Of a stretch of DNA of 37,898 nucleotides, positions 1 to 8,816 are shown piece by piece. The notes below the pieces were generated by a model. That model was not told the DNA's origin, searched no databases, and saw only the letters and a list, made by a program, of their open reading frames with translations. A program made the translations under genes and the position numbers. The number at the start of each line of letters is the position of its first letter. Position 1 is the stretch's first letter. Source of the DNA: a virus (taxonomy: Duplodnaviria > Caudoviricetes); the IMG/VR virus record IMGVR_UViG_3300033486_000005, positions 1 to 37,898 of that record. One strand, 5' to 3'.

Positions 1-1
1 C

Positions 2-292
2 GCCAGTATCAACCCCAAAGAGCCTAGCATGGGCAGTCCGATCCTGGTCACAGGCTATCCGTTGGGTATATCGGTCGTCGTGATGACTGACGGAAGGGTT
101 GGCACGATTTCGAAGAAGGCGGGTTTGTCGTTTGGCCAACAAGTCTTCTCCGCCCCTATTCAGCCTGGCTCGTCGGGTGGCCCATTGTGGGCGAACGGGC
201 AAGTCGTCGGCATTGTGTCGTGCGGGATGCAGTACCATCACACCTCCTATGCTGTCAGACAATCAGCCATCGCCAAGTTCTTGATGCCATAA
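2..292 (+). CDS. Trypsin-like serine protease, C-terminal part (5'-truncated by window edge)
   Basis: GYP...FSAPIQPGSSGGPL...VVGIV is the catalytic-Ser motif of S1/trypsin-like peptidases; frame is open back to position 2. Confidence 0.8.
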   Translation, partial: ASINPKEPSMGSPILVTGYPLGISVVVMTDGRVGTISKKAGLSFGQQVFSAPIQPGSSGGPLWANGQVVGIVSCGMQYHHTSYAVRQSAIAKFLMP

Positions 293-296
293 TCTT
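290..296 (+). promoter_or_regulatory. Putative late promoter motif TAATCTT, 6 nt before ATG 303
   Basis: Recurrent YAATCTT motif upstream of plus-strand structural genes. Confidence 0.6.
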
Positions 297-302
297 GTAT
301 GT

Positions 303-3300
303 ATGCGCAAGAGCCTGGCCGATCACGACAACCCGACTGAACGGATTCTAGCCCTCAAGTCGGCGGCCGTGACTCCAGATCAACTCCGTGCTGCACTACA
401 AGATCCGAATCCGCAAGTTCGAGAGTTCGCCGCGCACCACCCAGCACTACCTCAAGATGTCGTTCAAGGCGACGTCAGCGACCTACCGGTCGACACGCAA
501 AACTGTGTAGAAGATCGCCCGGATTACGCCTCCGTACAGGAAGCCGGCTGGGCCAACCCCGACGCGAACATGGTGGACGCTGACCCATGGGTGCAAGCTA
601 AGTACCGCCGAGGTGGGCACCAAACCTTCGAGCGGTATTTGAAGGAACTCCAGGCGGGGCTACACAAAGCCTTGGACTTCGAGACGCTGACTAACCGTCC
701 GATTGCTTCGCCGCTACTGTACCGAGCCTACAAGCACTCTCCACATCACCCGATTTCATTGCTATTGAAGTATGTCGTTAACCGCATTGAAAACAAAGAC
801 ATCTACGAGCACGGCAACCCCGCTCAAATCGCCCAGCACGAACAGTCATGGTTGCAGCATCACACCAACGAAAAGAACGCCAACGTTGGTGTAGAAGATC
901 TACATCAAGCGCTTAAGGCCAACCCAAAACTCATTGAGAACGTACAGAGCCATCAGACTAAGTTGCACGATTACATCAAACAGCACAATCCAGACGCTAT
1001 TAGGAACATCAACGGTCAACCCCACATAGCCCTGGCTCGTGGCTATACCGTCCGTAATCCCGGGGCCGACCACGACGTCGCTTCGTATGCTGACGACGCC
1101 AACACGGCCGGGTCTTTTGGTGGGACGGTCAAACATTGGTGGGTGCCGATGAAAAACGTGTGGTATTCATACCACGTAGGACACAAAACTGCCGGCGGGT
1201 TGCTGGGTCCAGAAAACGAGTTTTTGGCGTCTAACCATCCCCGTATACCAGCCAATGTTCCGGACGTTCGACCGGTCGTCCCAAGAGAGCATTATGGGTA
1301 CGCGACTCCGTCTGAGGATTGGGAACTCGAACACACACCCGACGTCGGGCGCCTCGGAATGCTGGCTAGCCAGCCAAGCACCGGAAAAGAAATTCAGTCG
1401 CATCTAGCAGCACTAAAGAACAAGCGCGTCACACCCGAATTGCTACAACACCAGGTCTACTCACACAGCCCGGACATTCGCTCGGCCGTAGCGGCACACC
1501 CGAACGCCACCCCAGCGCAAATTCACGCCGGACTCAAGGACCCAGACAACTTCGTGGCTTTAGAGGCTGTTTCGCGAAAAGATTTGACGCCAGAACACCT
1601 GACGGCCGCTATGAAGCATCCAAGCGCACTGGTCCGGAAGCTGGCTTTGAGCGACCCTCGAGCGAACCACAGTCACTTCAAAATGGGACTCGCGGACCCA
1701 GATGAAAGTGTACGGAAGGTCGCTGAACAACAAAAAGTTGCATTTGCCAAACCTAAAATCCATCCAATCGAACCGTCTGAGCCAGAAGTAACATCTCATC
1801 CGGCTGTAGTGGTGGGCGACAAGCACACCCCGAAGAGCTACGCGGAGCATCTGATCGCCAAGCACGGTTGGCGTCAGACGTCTGAAGGCTTACAGAAGAG
1901 CATCGGATACGTGGTTTACCCACACTTCGGCGTTCCTTCGCCGTATTCGGAGCCAATGGCGCGTACGCCAGAACAACACGCAGCCTTCCGTCAAGCCAAC
2001 ACCGGAACCACTAACCCGAATTCGGGCGGATTTGTTGCATACCACGCCAAAGCCGATCGCCCCACTCCGCCAGCAGAACGTGGCTTCAGCTCGTCGTACA
2101 GCACCGACGCCAAATTCAACTCGATAGAACACGAGACCCAACACTCCGTCTACTCCGTCCTCAAGCAAATGCACGGGAAAGAGGCTGGCCGGCGCATTGT
2201 AGAGAAGACCTTAGAAGGACTCACGCCAGACGAGCGCGGCCATTTGCACGCCATCACCGACCCAGCCGTCAAGAACTATCCAGAAAAGAAAGCGTCAGAA
2301 GAGCGCATAACCTACCTGCACAACTACACGTCCGATCCCACCTTCCGTAAGGCTGTGCACGTAAAGATGGGCATTGCTGGCAACCTCAAGGCACAGCACT
2401 TAAGCGTGCAGCACGCAAAGAAAATCGCCCAACACCTACAAAGCATCGCCGCTGACATGAAGCCAGAGCACGTGGGACTGTCAGACGTTCAGAAGTCTGA
2501 AAGCGTCATTAATGAACTAGGGTTCGGTGTCCAGCAGGACCTGTATCTTAATGCTGTGAGCGATTTGTGTCAAATTGAATGCGACGGCGACCTATTTCGC
2601 CTGGAGGTCGCAAAGAATGACGACCTGGCCACGTCTACACTGGTTAGCGCACATCTACCTCCACTAGTAGAATATCAGATCGCCTTGGACGAGCAAGCAC
2701 GGATATCAAGCGTGGCTTTAGTTTTGTGCAAGTCCGACATGGAAGTACAAAATGTTTTGCCGGAAGGGCAAACGACAGCAGAGGCCGTCAAACGTGCTTT
2801 CGAAGCCAATCAAGTAGAAGAAGTACAACTTGGGGGTAAGCACTCCAAGGGCACGATGGTGGCGGAGGACCCTGATGGCGCCCACTTCCTACTCAAACCA
2901 GGAAGCGGGAAATTGAGTCCAGCGGCTGGTGTTCGCGAAGAAGTAGCGACACAGGCTCGCAGGGAGTGCGCATTTTGGCATGTGGCTAGGAATTGGGGGC
3001 TTGGGCAGTTTATTCCGCGCGCGGATTTGATTTCCTTGAATGGCAAGGAGATCGCCGCACTACATCGGCTGCCATGGGATTGGCAAAATCTAGACAAGCT
3101 TGCAAAGAAGGATCCGCAGGCCCCGGTAAAGGCATTGGAACCATACCTCAAAAACGGAGATTTGCACAAGTGGGCTGTAATTGATGCCGTGCTAGGGCAA
3201 ACCGATCGCCACGGCGCCAACATCATGGTGTCGCCCGACGAAGATGGATGCAAAATTGCACTCATCGACCAAGGTAGCGCCCTGGCGGGACCTTCGTTTG

Positions 3301-3596
3301 CCCCGGGCACTGACCCCAAGTCGTTCATCCCGTACTATTTGAGAGTTTGGCGCGCCAAGGATTGGAAAGACATGGACTTAGAGCAAAAACTCAAAGCTAT
3401 GCCAGAAGTTCACGGCGACAATGAAGAGCACCTCCGCCAATGGGCGCTTGGGCTTCGCACGGAAGACCTTGAGAGCATTTTGGTCCGGTACGGCGTCACG
3501 CCACAGGCCAGTCTGGCGCGTTTGGCTCAATTCAAGCAGATGGCCTTGGCTCCGGATTTTTGTGTAGCCATCAATAGATGGTGGCTTGAGACATAA
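303..3596 (+). CDS. Polyvalent protein: HEAT/LRV repeats + ADP-ribosyltransferase-like + HExxH zincin-like + PI3/4-kinase/HipA-like kinase domain
   Basis: Repeats like DPNPQVREFAAHHP and SPDIRSAVAAHPNA; LARGY..SYADD..FG..ENEF (R-S-ExE); HETQH; LLKP..RREC..TDRHGANIM..LIDQG. Confidence 0.7.
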   Translation: MRKSLADHDNPTERILALKSAAVTPDQLRAALQDPNPQVREFAAHHPALPQDVVQGDVSDLPVDTQNCVEDRPDYASVQEAGWANPDANMVDADPWVQAKYRRGGHQTFERYLKELQAGLHKALDFETLTNRPIASPLLYRAYKHSPHHPISLLLKYVVNRIENKDIYEHGNPAQIAQHEQSWLQHHTNEKNANVGVEDLHQALKANPKLIENVQSHQTKLHDYIKQHNPDAIRNINGQPHIALARGYTVRNPGADHDVASYADDANTAGSFGGTVKHWWVPMKNVWYSYHVGHKTAGGLLGPENEFLASNHPRIPANVPDVRPVVPREHYGYATPSEDWELEHTPDVGRLGMLASQPSTGKEIQSHLAALKNKRVTPELLQHQVYSHSPDIRSAVAAHPNATPAQIHAGLKDPDNFVALEAVSRKDLTPEHLTAAMKHPSALVRKLALSDPRANHSHFKMGLADPDESVRKVAEQQKVAFAKPKIHPIEPSEPEVTSHPAVVVGDKHTPKSYAEHLIAKHGWRQTSEGLQKSIGYVVYPHFGVPSPYSEPMARTPEQHAAFRQANTGTTNPNSGGFVAYHAKADRPTPPAERGFSSSYSTDAKFNSIEHETQHSVYSVLKQMHGKEAGRRIVEKTLEGLTPDERGHLHAITDPAVKNYPEKKASEERITYLHNYTSDPTFRKAVHVKMGIAGNLKAQHLSVQHAKKIAQHLQSIAADMKPEHVGLSDVQKSESVINELGFGVQQDLYLNAVSDLCQIECDGDLFRLEVAKNDDLATSTLVSAHLPPLVEYQIALDEQARISSVALVLCKSDMEVQNVLPEGQTTAEAVKRAFEANQVEEVQLGGKHSKGTMVAEDPDGAHFLLKPGSGKLSPAAGVREEVATQARRECAFWHVARNWGLGQFIPRADLISLNGKEIAALHRLPWDWQNLDKLAKKDPQAPVKALEPYLKNGDLHKWAVIDAVLGQTDRHGANIMVSPDEDGCKIALIDQGSALAGPSFAPGTDPKSFIPYYLRVWRAKDWKDMDLEQKLKAMPEVHGDNEEHLRQWALGLRTEDLESILVRYGVTPQASLARLAQFKQMALAPDFCVAINRWWLET

Positions 3597-3600
3597 TCGT
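3594..3600 (+). promoter_or_regulatory. Variant late promoter motif TAATCGT
   Basis: One mismatch to YAATCTT, upstream of 3648 which has a GGAG RBS. Confidence 0.4.
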
Positions 3601-3647
3601 TTATACGTGGTCGCCTGTCGGCGACATGCAACATTTAGGAGTCATAC

Positions 3648-4277
3648 ATGTCCCTTTCTACAGACGCCCGCACCCGCCTTGGTATTGCAACGACAGATTT
3701 TTCGATTGGTAATGAAATCGCTGATGCCGTCGACGCTAGCTCGACTTCGTCGCACGCGGCAGTAACACTTGCTGCAGTCGGTTCGGCCCCCGCCGCTGCT
3801 GGCGCTTCGTTGGTTGGTCAGGTTCTGACATTGCAGCTCGCTGACGGCAGCCATCCAGGCCTCGTTACTGCGGCTCAGTTCACTAAGTTGTCGAACACCT
3901 CGGGCACTAATACTGGCGATCAGAGTGCGACCACTGTCGCCAATACCCCCGCGGGTGGCGTTGCGGCCGTTACCGTGCAGGGCGCGATTAACGAGCTCGA
4001 TACAGAGAAGGCGGCTCTTACGGGAGCCACATTCACAGGCACTGTCACGGCGCCCAACATGGCGGCTGGTGAAGCGACAGTGTTGACGGGTCAGGCTTCT
4101 ATCGCGGTCACTGACGCGGGCGCCACGGCGACCAGCAAAGTCGTCGCGACGCTCGTCGGAATCGACGGTACCGCGCTATATGTGACCAACATTGCTCGCG
4201 GCAGCGGAACATTCACGGTTTCGGTGAATGCGGCAGCCACCGGCGACGTCAAGCTGACCTGGATTCGCTTCAGCTAA
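3648..4277 (+). CDS. Virion decoration/fibre-like protein
   Basis: AGGAG RBS; Ala/Thr/Gly-rich; shares ADxxHPG, TNTGD and VQxAxxELDxEK modules with 8817..10067. Confidence 0.55.
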   Translation: MSLSTDARTRLGIATTDFSIGNEIADAVDASSTSSHAAVTLAAVGSAPAAAGASLVGQVLTLQLADGSHPGLVTAAQFTKLSNTSGTNTGDQSATTVANTPAGGVAAVTVQGAINELDTEKAALTGATFTGTVTAPNMAAGEATVLTGQASIAVTDAGATATSKVVATLVGIDGTALYVTNIARGSGTFTVSVNAAATGDVKLTWIRFS

Positions 4278-4292
4278 GCGGTCGTAGTGGGT

Positions 4293-4314
4293 CCCCATCT
4301 AACGATGGGGTTTT
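4293..4314 (+). terminator. Rho-independent terminator-like hairpin
   Basis: CCCCATC-TAAC-GATGGGG followed by TTTT, directly abutting the tRNA 5' end. Confidence 0.6.
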
Positions 4315-4388
4315 GGGGTTGTAGCTCAGTTGGGATGAGCGCCGCACTTGCACTGCGGAGGCCCTCGGTTCGATCCCGAGCGACTCCA
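4315..4388 (+). tRNA. trnA: tRNA-Ala(TGC)
   Basis: Acceptor GGGGTTG/CGACTCC-A with G3:U70 alanine identity pair; D arm GCTC/GAGC; anticodon arm CCGCA-CTTGCAC-TGCGG; TTCGA T-loop; CCA not encoded. Confidence 0.95.
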
Positions 4389-4444
4389 CTTTATTGATGT
4401 AGTCCTGACAGTCCGGTCATCTCACGACGACCGGCTGTTCCATT

Positions 4445-5092
4445 TCAATCCTCGGCTTCGATCTCTTCTACTTCCTCTTTGGTGTAGCCATCGCCGCGCT
4501 CCATGTCGCTGAAGATGCGCACCAGTTTCACGATGCCATTCCAAGCCTTATGTCCGTACGGAACCATTCGGTATATTGGGTGTCCTTCTAGACGGACGTT
4601 GTACGGATAAATAATGCCAATACAACTCGCGAAGCCGTGAGCACCCCAATAGTCCTCCAAATTCTCTGCGCGGTCGTCGATGATTACGTCAGCCTGGAAG
4701 CGGTACTTGTCCTTCAAAAACACAACCTGCTTGTGGACATTGACGAATGGGAAGTGATTTTTAACCCACTGAAGAGTCTCGACGACCCCACAAGCCCCGA
4801 ATCGAGCTGTGACGAAGTAAACGTCATGGCCGGCATCCATCAGCTTCTTGACGCCCTCCACTGCGCCGGGCATGACCGGAATATCAAGATGGTAGTTGGG
4901 GAGGTCGAAGTGCCGGCAAATTCGCTCTTCCGACACCTTACCTTCGAAGGGGGCACACTTCGACAGCTCCCACCGTGTGATGTCTTCTGTCTTGGCGTAG
5001 ACGCCAGTGTCGTCGCCGATTTTTTGGAGCCAGTACGGCAGTGTATCGGCCAGAATTCCATCTACATCACATATAATCGTCAGTTTTCGCAT
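4445..5092 (-). CDS. 5'(3')-deoxyribonucleotidase (HAD, NT5C-like)
   Basis: CDVDGILAD motif I, FVTAR, K..., IIDD motif. Confidence 0.85.
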   Translation of the reverse strand: MRKLTIICDVDGILADTLPYWLQKIGDDTGVYAKTEDITRWELSKCAPFEGKVSEERICRHFDLPNYHLDIPVMPGAVEGVKKLMDAGHDVYFVTARFGACGVVETLQWVKNHFPFVNVHKQVVFLKDKYRFQADVIIDDRAENLEDYWGAHGFASCIGIIYPYNVRLEGHPIYRMVPYGHKAWNGIVKLVRIFSDMERGDGYTKEEVEEIEAED

Positions 5093-5508
5093 ACGAATAC
5101 CCCGTACATTCGGTTTTGTGAATTAATCCAACGCTTTAGGAATTCGGCTCGGCCGTAAATCTGCAATCCGGCGTTCGGCAGCGGATCCCACACAACGACC
5201 CTTCTGCCGACGCCCGCGACCGCAGTGACCCAGTGGCTATCGCCGTCTACACACAACATGGCAGGCCTCTTTAGTCGAGTCAATCGATTCCAACTGCGCC
5301 GTACGTCGGTAGATGAATACTCAACTGCTCGCACCTTCAACCAACCCAATGTTCGCAGCAACGCCGCCCCGAAAGTGCCGTTCTCGGATGCTCCAGTCCA
5401 CTGAACTGCACTGTCCCACTCGACGTTGCGGCCGAGTAGAATCAGTGTGTTCTTCAGGCAGGTTGGCCCGCAGTCCCATACTCCCTTTTGGTAGTGTAGT
5501 CGGAGCAC
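5080..5508 (-). CDS. C39-like cysteine peptidase
   Basis: YQ....DCGPTCL, ENGT, HWV, VWDP: Q/C/H/D arrangement of Peptidase C39. Confidence 0.8.
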   Translation of the reverse strand: MLRLHYQKGVWDCGPTCLKNTLILLGRNVEWDSAVQWTGASENGTFGAALLRTLGWLKVRAVEYSSTDVRRSWNRLTRLKRPAMLCVDGDSHWVTAVAGVGRRVVVWDPLPNAGLQIYGRAEFLKRWINSQNRMYGVFVCEN

Positions 5509-5511
5509 TTA

Positions 5512-6318
5512 TCACTCTTGACCTAGGACGAACAATTTGGTCTGCTGGCAGTATGAACCTGGATTTAGGTATTGGTGCACCTTGCTTACAGCGGTTCTGA
5601 GGCAATCCAATCCGTGTACCTTGTTGTTGTACAAGATAGCGTCCCACCAAAAATCTGGGATTTGCCCCAACGAAGCTTCCGAAGCATGGTTTGTTGAGAT
5701 GGTAGAGCCGTTCGACGCCACCTTAAGGCCTTTGCCGCCGATGGACTTGATGGCGACGAGCTCGTTGGGGAAGCGGACGTCAGTGACGAACACCATCGGA
5801 ACTGAAGGTGCTGTAGGGTTGGTACAAAGGCCAACCAGGCGATTGTAGGTGTGTCCGCCGCCAAGAAGTTTGAAGGCAATTCGAATAGTAGAGTCGGCCC
5901 AGACGTTCGGGTTGATGGTACGGGCGTACTCGGTGCCGAGGTTCTGGAGCATAAGACGGGGAGAAAAACGGTGGGTGGCGAAGAACTCGAACTCTAAGTT
6001 GTCGTACCATTCGTGGAATGAGTCGATGTCGCCAACTCCAATCATCTTAAGCCACTGATTGGCGACTCCTCCATTAAACAAGACGTCTTCCGCTTCCTTC
6101 CAGGCTCGCCCTTCATCGTATCGCTTGTCCACTTCATTGCGCTTCTCCGAGGGGCCCCAAAGTTGCTCTTCGGTAAAACCGAACCCGCGAAGCCCGAGCC
6201 ACTTGATGGGATCCGCCTGGGCAATGGAAACACTCCCGGGCTGAAGCTTCATCATCATGCCGGCGACGGTGTCTTTGCCTGCGCCAGCTTGTCCGCCAAT
6301 TCCGATAATGGGTGTCAT
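5512..6318 (-). CDS. Deoxynucleoside monophosphate kinase (T4 gp1-like)
   Basis: GQAGAGKDT P-loop, ADPIK, PRLMLQNLGTE, TDVRFPNE, HASE. Confidence 0.85.
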   Translation of the reverse strand: MTPIIGIGGQAGAGKDTVAGMMMKLQPGSVSIAQADPIKWLGLRGFGFTEEQLWGPSEKRNEVDKRYDEGRAWKEAEDVLFNGGVANQWLKMIGVGDIDSFHEWYDNLEFEFFATHRFSPRLMLQNLGTEYARTINPNVWADSTIRIAFKLLGGGHTYNRLVGLCTNPTAPSVPMVFVTDVRFPNELVAIKSIGGKGLKVASNGSTISTNHASEASLGQIPDFWWDAILYNNKVHGLDCLRTAVSKVHQYLNPGSYCQQTKLFVLGQE

Positions 6319-6335
6319 GTGGTCCTCCTAGAGAC

Positions 6336-6342
6336 CAATCTT
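6336..6342 (+). promoter_or_regulatory. Putative late promoter CAATCTT, 6 nt before ATG 6349
   Basis: Recurrent motif; no SD between motif and ATG. Confidence 0.6.
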
Positions 6343-6348
6343 GTTGTT

Positions 6349-7626
6349 ATGAACGACTACACGCCATCTCTACCAGACCAAACTCCGCTCGTCAAGGCCG
6401 ATGGCTCCGTAGCAGCCCAAAAGGGTGGATTCGAGGGTCCTAGCAAGATATATGCCGCCCAACCCAAAGTCATGGAGCATGTATCGGACTGGCAACGCAA
6501 CTTCGGTCGTTTGATGGCGATGAAACACCACCACGCGGCGGATGTCAAGGACACCAAGGAATCCAAGCCTGATTTTGAGGGCGCTTTCCACGCTCTGGCC
6601 GCGCAAAAAGATCCAGGCGATCTCAGCGACGATCTCAAGAAGCAGATCTTGGAGATTTTGACTTACGTCAAACAGCGCACCCCACAGCTCGAGGCCCTTA
6701 AGCAATCTGCTCCCGATATCTACGCGTCTGTAAGGGCGCTGATTCAGGCGATGATTGCAATTACCCGCGAAGTTATAGATGGAAAATCGGAATCCGACAT
6801 CAAGAAGTCGGAAGATTTCATTGGCGGCGAAGGTTCGAAAGAGCCCGACTCGGAGTTCGATCCAGATCAACTTGTGTCTGGCACCAAAGACGAAATGCAC
6901 GAGCACAATATGACGGCTGCGCAGGCCAAGAAAATCGCCAAGGATCATCTCCTTGACAAGCCCGACTATTACAAGAAGGATGAAGATCTAGGCAAGTCCG
7001 TGTCTGCAGCCGCATACCGCCATAAGACCACCGGTCAAGTCCATGAAACCGGACTATTCCACGATCGAACCGAACTTCCTCATCCGGAAGAGCAATACGA
7101 CCGAGGTTTCATGCACAGCGGAAAATTCCATACTACGCAAGAGGCTCGCGCCCAAAACCTCATTCCGAAGGCGCGACACATGCACAAGGACGAAGTCGCA
7201 CCTACACCAGCCCTACATAGCGACGTTAACAATTTCATGACGGGGTTGAAGGCTCTTCCTCGCGGGACACCGCAGCGCGGGTTGTATATTCAACAACACA
7301 TGAACCATCCGGCGTTTTTGACTGCGCTGCAGAATCACCCTCAAGGTAAACAAGTGCACGGAATGTTGACCGGCTTTATGAACGGTGTTGCCAATGCAGG
7401 GCTACACAACGCCCCTAAAGTCACCATGAAGGCTGAGACATTGCCCAAGCCGAAGTTGCCGGTGGGAACTGTTTTGGATTGCGGCCCAACCTCACAGCAC
7501 GGTCATGCCGGCAAGGTCAAGGTGCAAACCCCCGATGGGGCCGAGCATTGGCGTGGAGCGCGTTCGGGGTTGAAGATGGGGGCAGATGGGACGCCTACGG
7601 GCGCTCGGCCGGAGCCGAAGGCGTAA
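6349..7626 (+). CDS. Putative head-associated modular protein (contains a DUF5661-like segment)
   Basis: Start reassigned to ATG 6349 (upstream part overlaps the divergent kinase); FDPDQL..G..EH...AKKIAKDHL..PDYY segment; KS/KA-punctuated modules. Confidence 0.55.
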   Translation: MNDYTPSLPDQTPLVKADGSVAAQKGGFEGPSKIYAAQPKVMEHVSDWQRNFGRLMAMKHHHAADVKDTKESKPDFEGAFHALAAQKDPGDLSDDLKKQILEILTYVKQRTPQLEALKQSAPDIYASVRALIQAMIAITREVIDGKSESDIKKSEDFIGGEGSKEPDSEFDPDQLVSGTKDEMHEHNMTAAQAKKIAKDHLLDKPDYYKKDEDLGKSVSAAAYRHKTTGQVHETGLFHDRTELPHPEEQYDRGFMHSGKFHTTQEARAQNLIPKARHMHKDEVAPTPALHSDVNNFMTGLKALPRGTPQRGLYIQQHMNHPAFLTALQNHPQGKQVHGMLTGFMNGVANAGLHNAPKVTMKAETLPKPKLPVGTVLDCGPTSQHGHAGKVKVQTPDGAEHWRGARSGLKMGADGTPTGARPEPKA

Positions 7627-8450
7627 TGTTTACCCTGGACGTCGACTTAGGGCCTGTATTGGGGTTAGCCAGCGGATTCCGCGCGGCTGTAGATGGAGCC
7701 ATGGCGAATGCTGCTCGAGACCTGGCGCTGCAGACCCACACGCACATCCTCGAGGAAGTGCAGCAAAAGTTGCACTCTAGCCGACAACAATACGTGGATG
7801 CATTGTCATTCAAACAAGACGGCGATGTGTGGATTATCTCGCTCGACAAGCAGGCGTTTTGGATTGACGATGGCGTCAAGCCGGGCACCGATATGTTGGA
7901 TGGGCTTTTGGCCTCTCCGCATGCTAAAGTAGCGAAGGATGGGTCAAAATTTACCGTCGTGCCCTTCAAACTCAACAAAGGTCCCACTCAGCAGACGCCG
8001 GCTCAGAACGACTTAACCAAAACACTCAAGTCCGAAATGAAGGCTCGCAAGATCCCATACGGCAAAATCGAAGTCGGGCCGGACGGAGCCCCGAAGCTCG
8101 GGATGATTCATTCATTCGACATTTTGACAAAGCCCATCAAAAAAGTCGAAGGTGTCGGTCAAGGACATGGACCTATCGGCCAGGTCCGTCAAGGCATGAC
8201 CGGGATTCCATTCGGACGCGGTGTGCGTGTCTACCAGCAAGAGGTCACCGATAAAAAAGGTAAGACCTCAACACAGAAATCCATCATGACTTTCCGCATT
8301 GCCTCAAGTAAGCAACGCGGAAGAGGTATGTGGCGACACCCGGGTACTGTTTCTCACCGTTTTATGGAAAGCGCCGTAGAGTGGGCCCTACAAGAATGGC
8401 GCGATAAGGTGTCGAATCAGGTCTTGGTAGACATTACAAAGAACTTTTAG
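7626..8450 (+). CDS. Putative neck/virion morphogenesis protein
   Basis: TAATG overlap with upstream stop; position in structural operon; FRIASS...WRHPG C-terminus. Confidence 0.45.
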   Translation: MFTLDVDLGPVLGLASGFRAAVDGAMANAARDLALQTHTHILEEVQQKLHSSRQQYVDALSFKQDGDVWIISLDKQAFWIDDGVKPGTDMLDGLLASPHAKVAKDGSKFTVVPFKLNKGPTQQTPAQNDLTKTLKSEMKARKIPYGKIEVGPDGAPKLGMIHSFDILTKPIKKVEGVGQGHGPIGQVRQGMTGIPFGRGVRVYQQEVTDKKGKTSTQKSIMTFRIASSKQRGRGMWRHPGTVSHRFMESAVEWALQEWRDKVSNQVLVDITKNF

Positions 8451-8461
8451 CCCTCAAGAGT

Positions 8462-8468
8462 CAATCTT
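8462..8468 (+). promoter_or_regulatory. Putative late promoter CAATCTT
   Basis: Intergenic, upstream of GGAGG RBS of 8495. Confidence 0.6.
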
Positions 8469-8494
8469 GTAGTTGAACTCTTGGAGGCGCCTAC

Positions 8495-8815
8495 ATGCCC
8501 GCTATTTTCGCTAAACCAGCCTCAGCCCTCTTGACCGCCGACGGCGGCACCGATGGGTACATCTCCGTGGCCGATGCCGCTCCCTTTTGGACTGGTGCCA
8601 GGGTGTGGTTGAAGTCCTCGACGGAAGAGGGAAAACAGTACACCATTACCGAAGTCAATGGGACTTGGATCGGACTACGACTCCTACACGCCGCCAACGG
8701 CGGGACCGGGTATGGGCGCACGGACGTGTCCGAGTATCATCTTGCCGACTCCGCCGCAATTTATTCGGAAGGGCAAATTGTTCCGGCCGAACTCAGCAAC
8801 TTGAGGAAGCTGTAA
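8495..8815 (+). CDS. Hypothetical virion protein
   Basis: GGAGG RBS; coupled to 8817. Confidence 0.6.
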   Translation: MPAIFAKPASALLTADGGTDGYISVADAAPFWTGARVWLKSSTEEGKQYTITEVNGTWIGLRLLHAANGGTGYGRTDVSEYHLADSAAIYSEGQIVPAELSNLRKL

Positions 8816-8816
8816 A

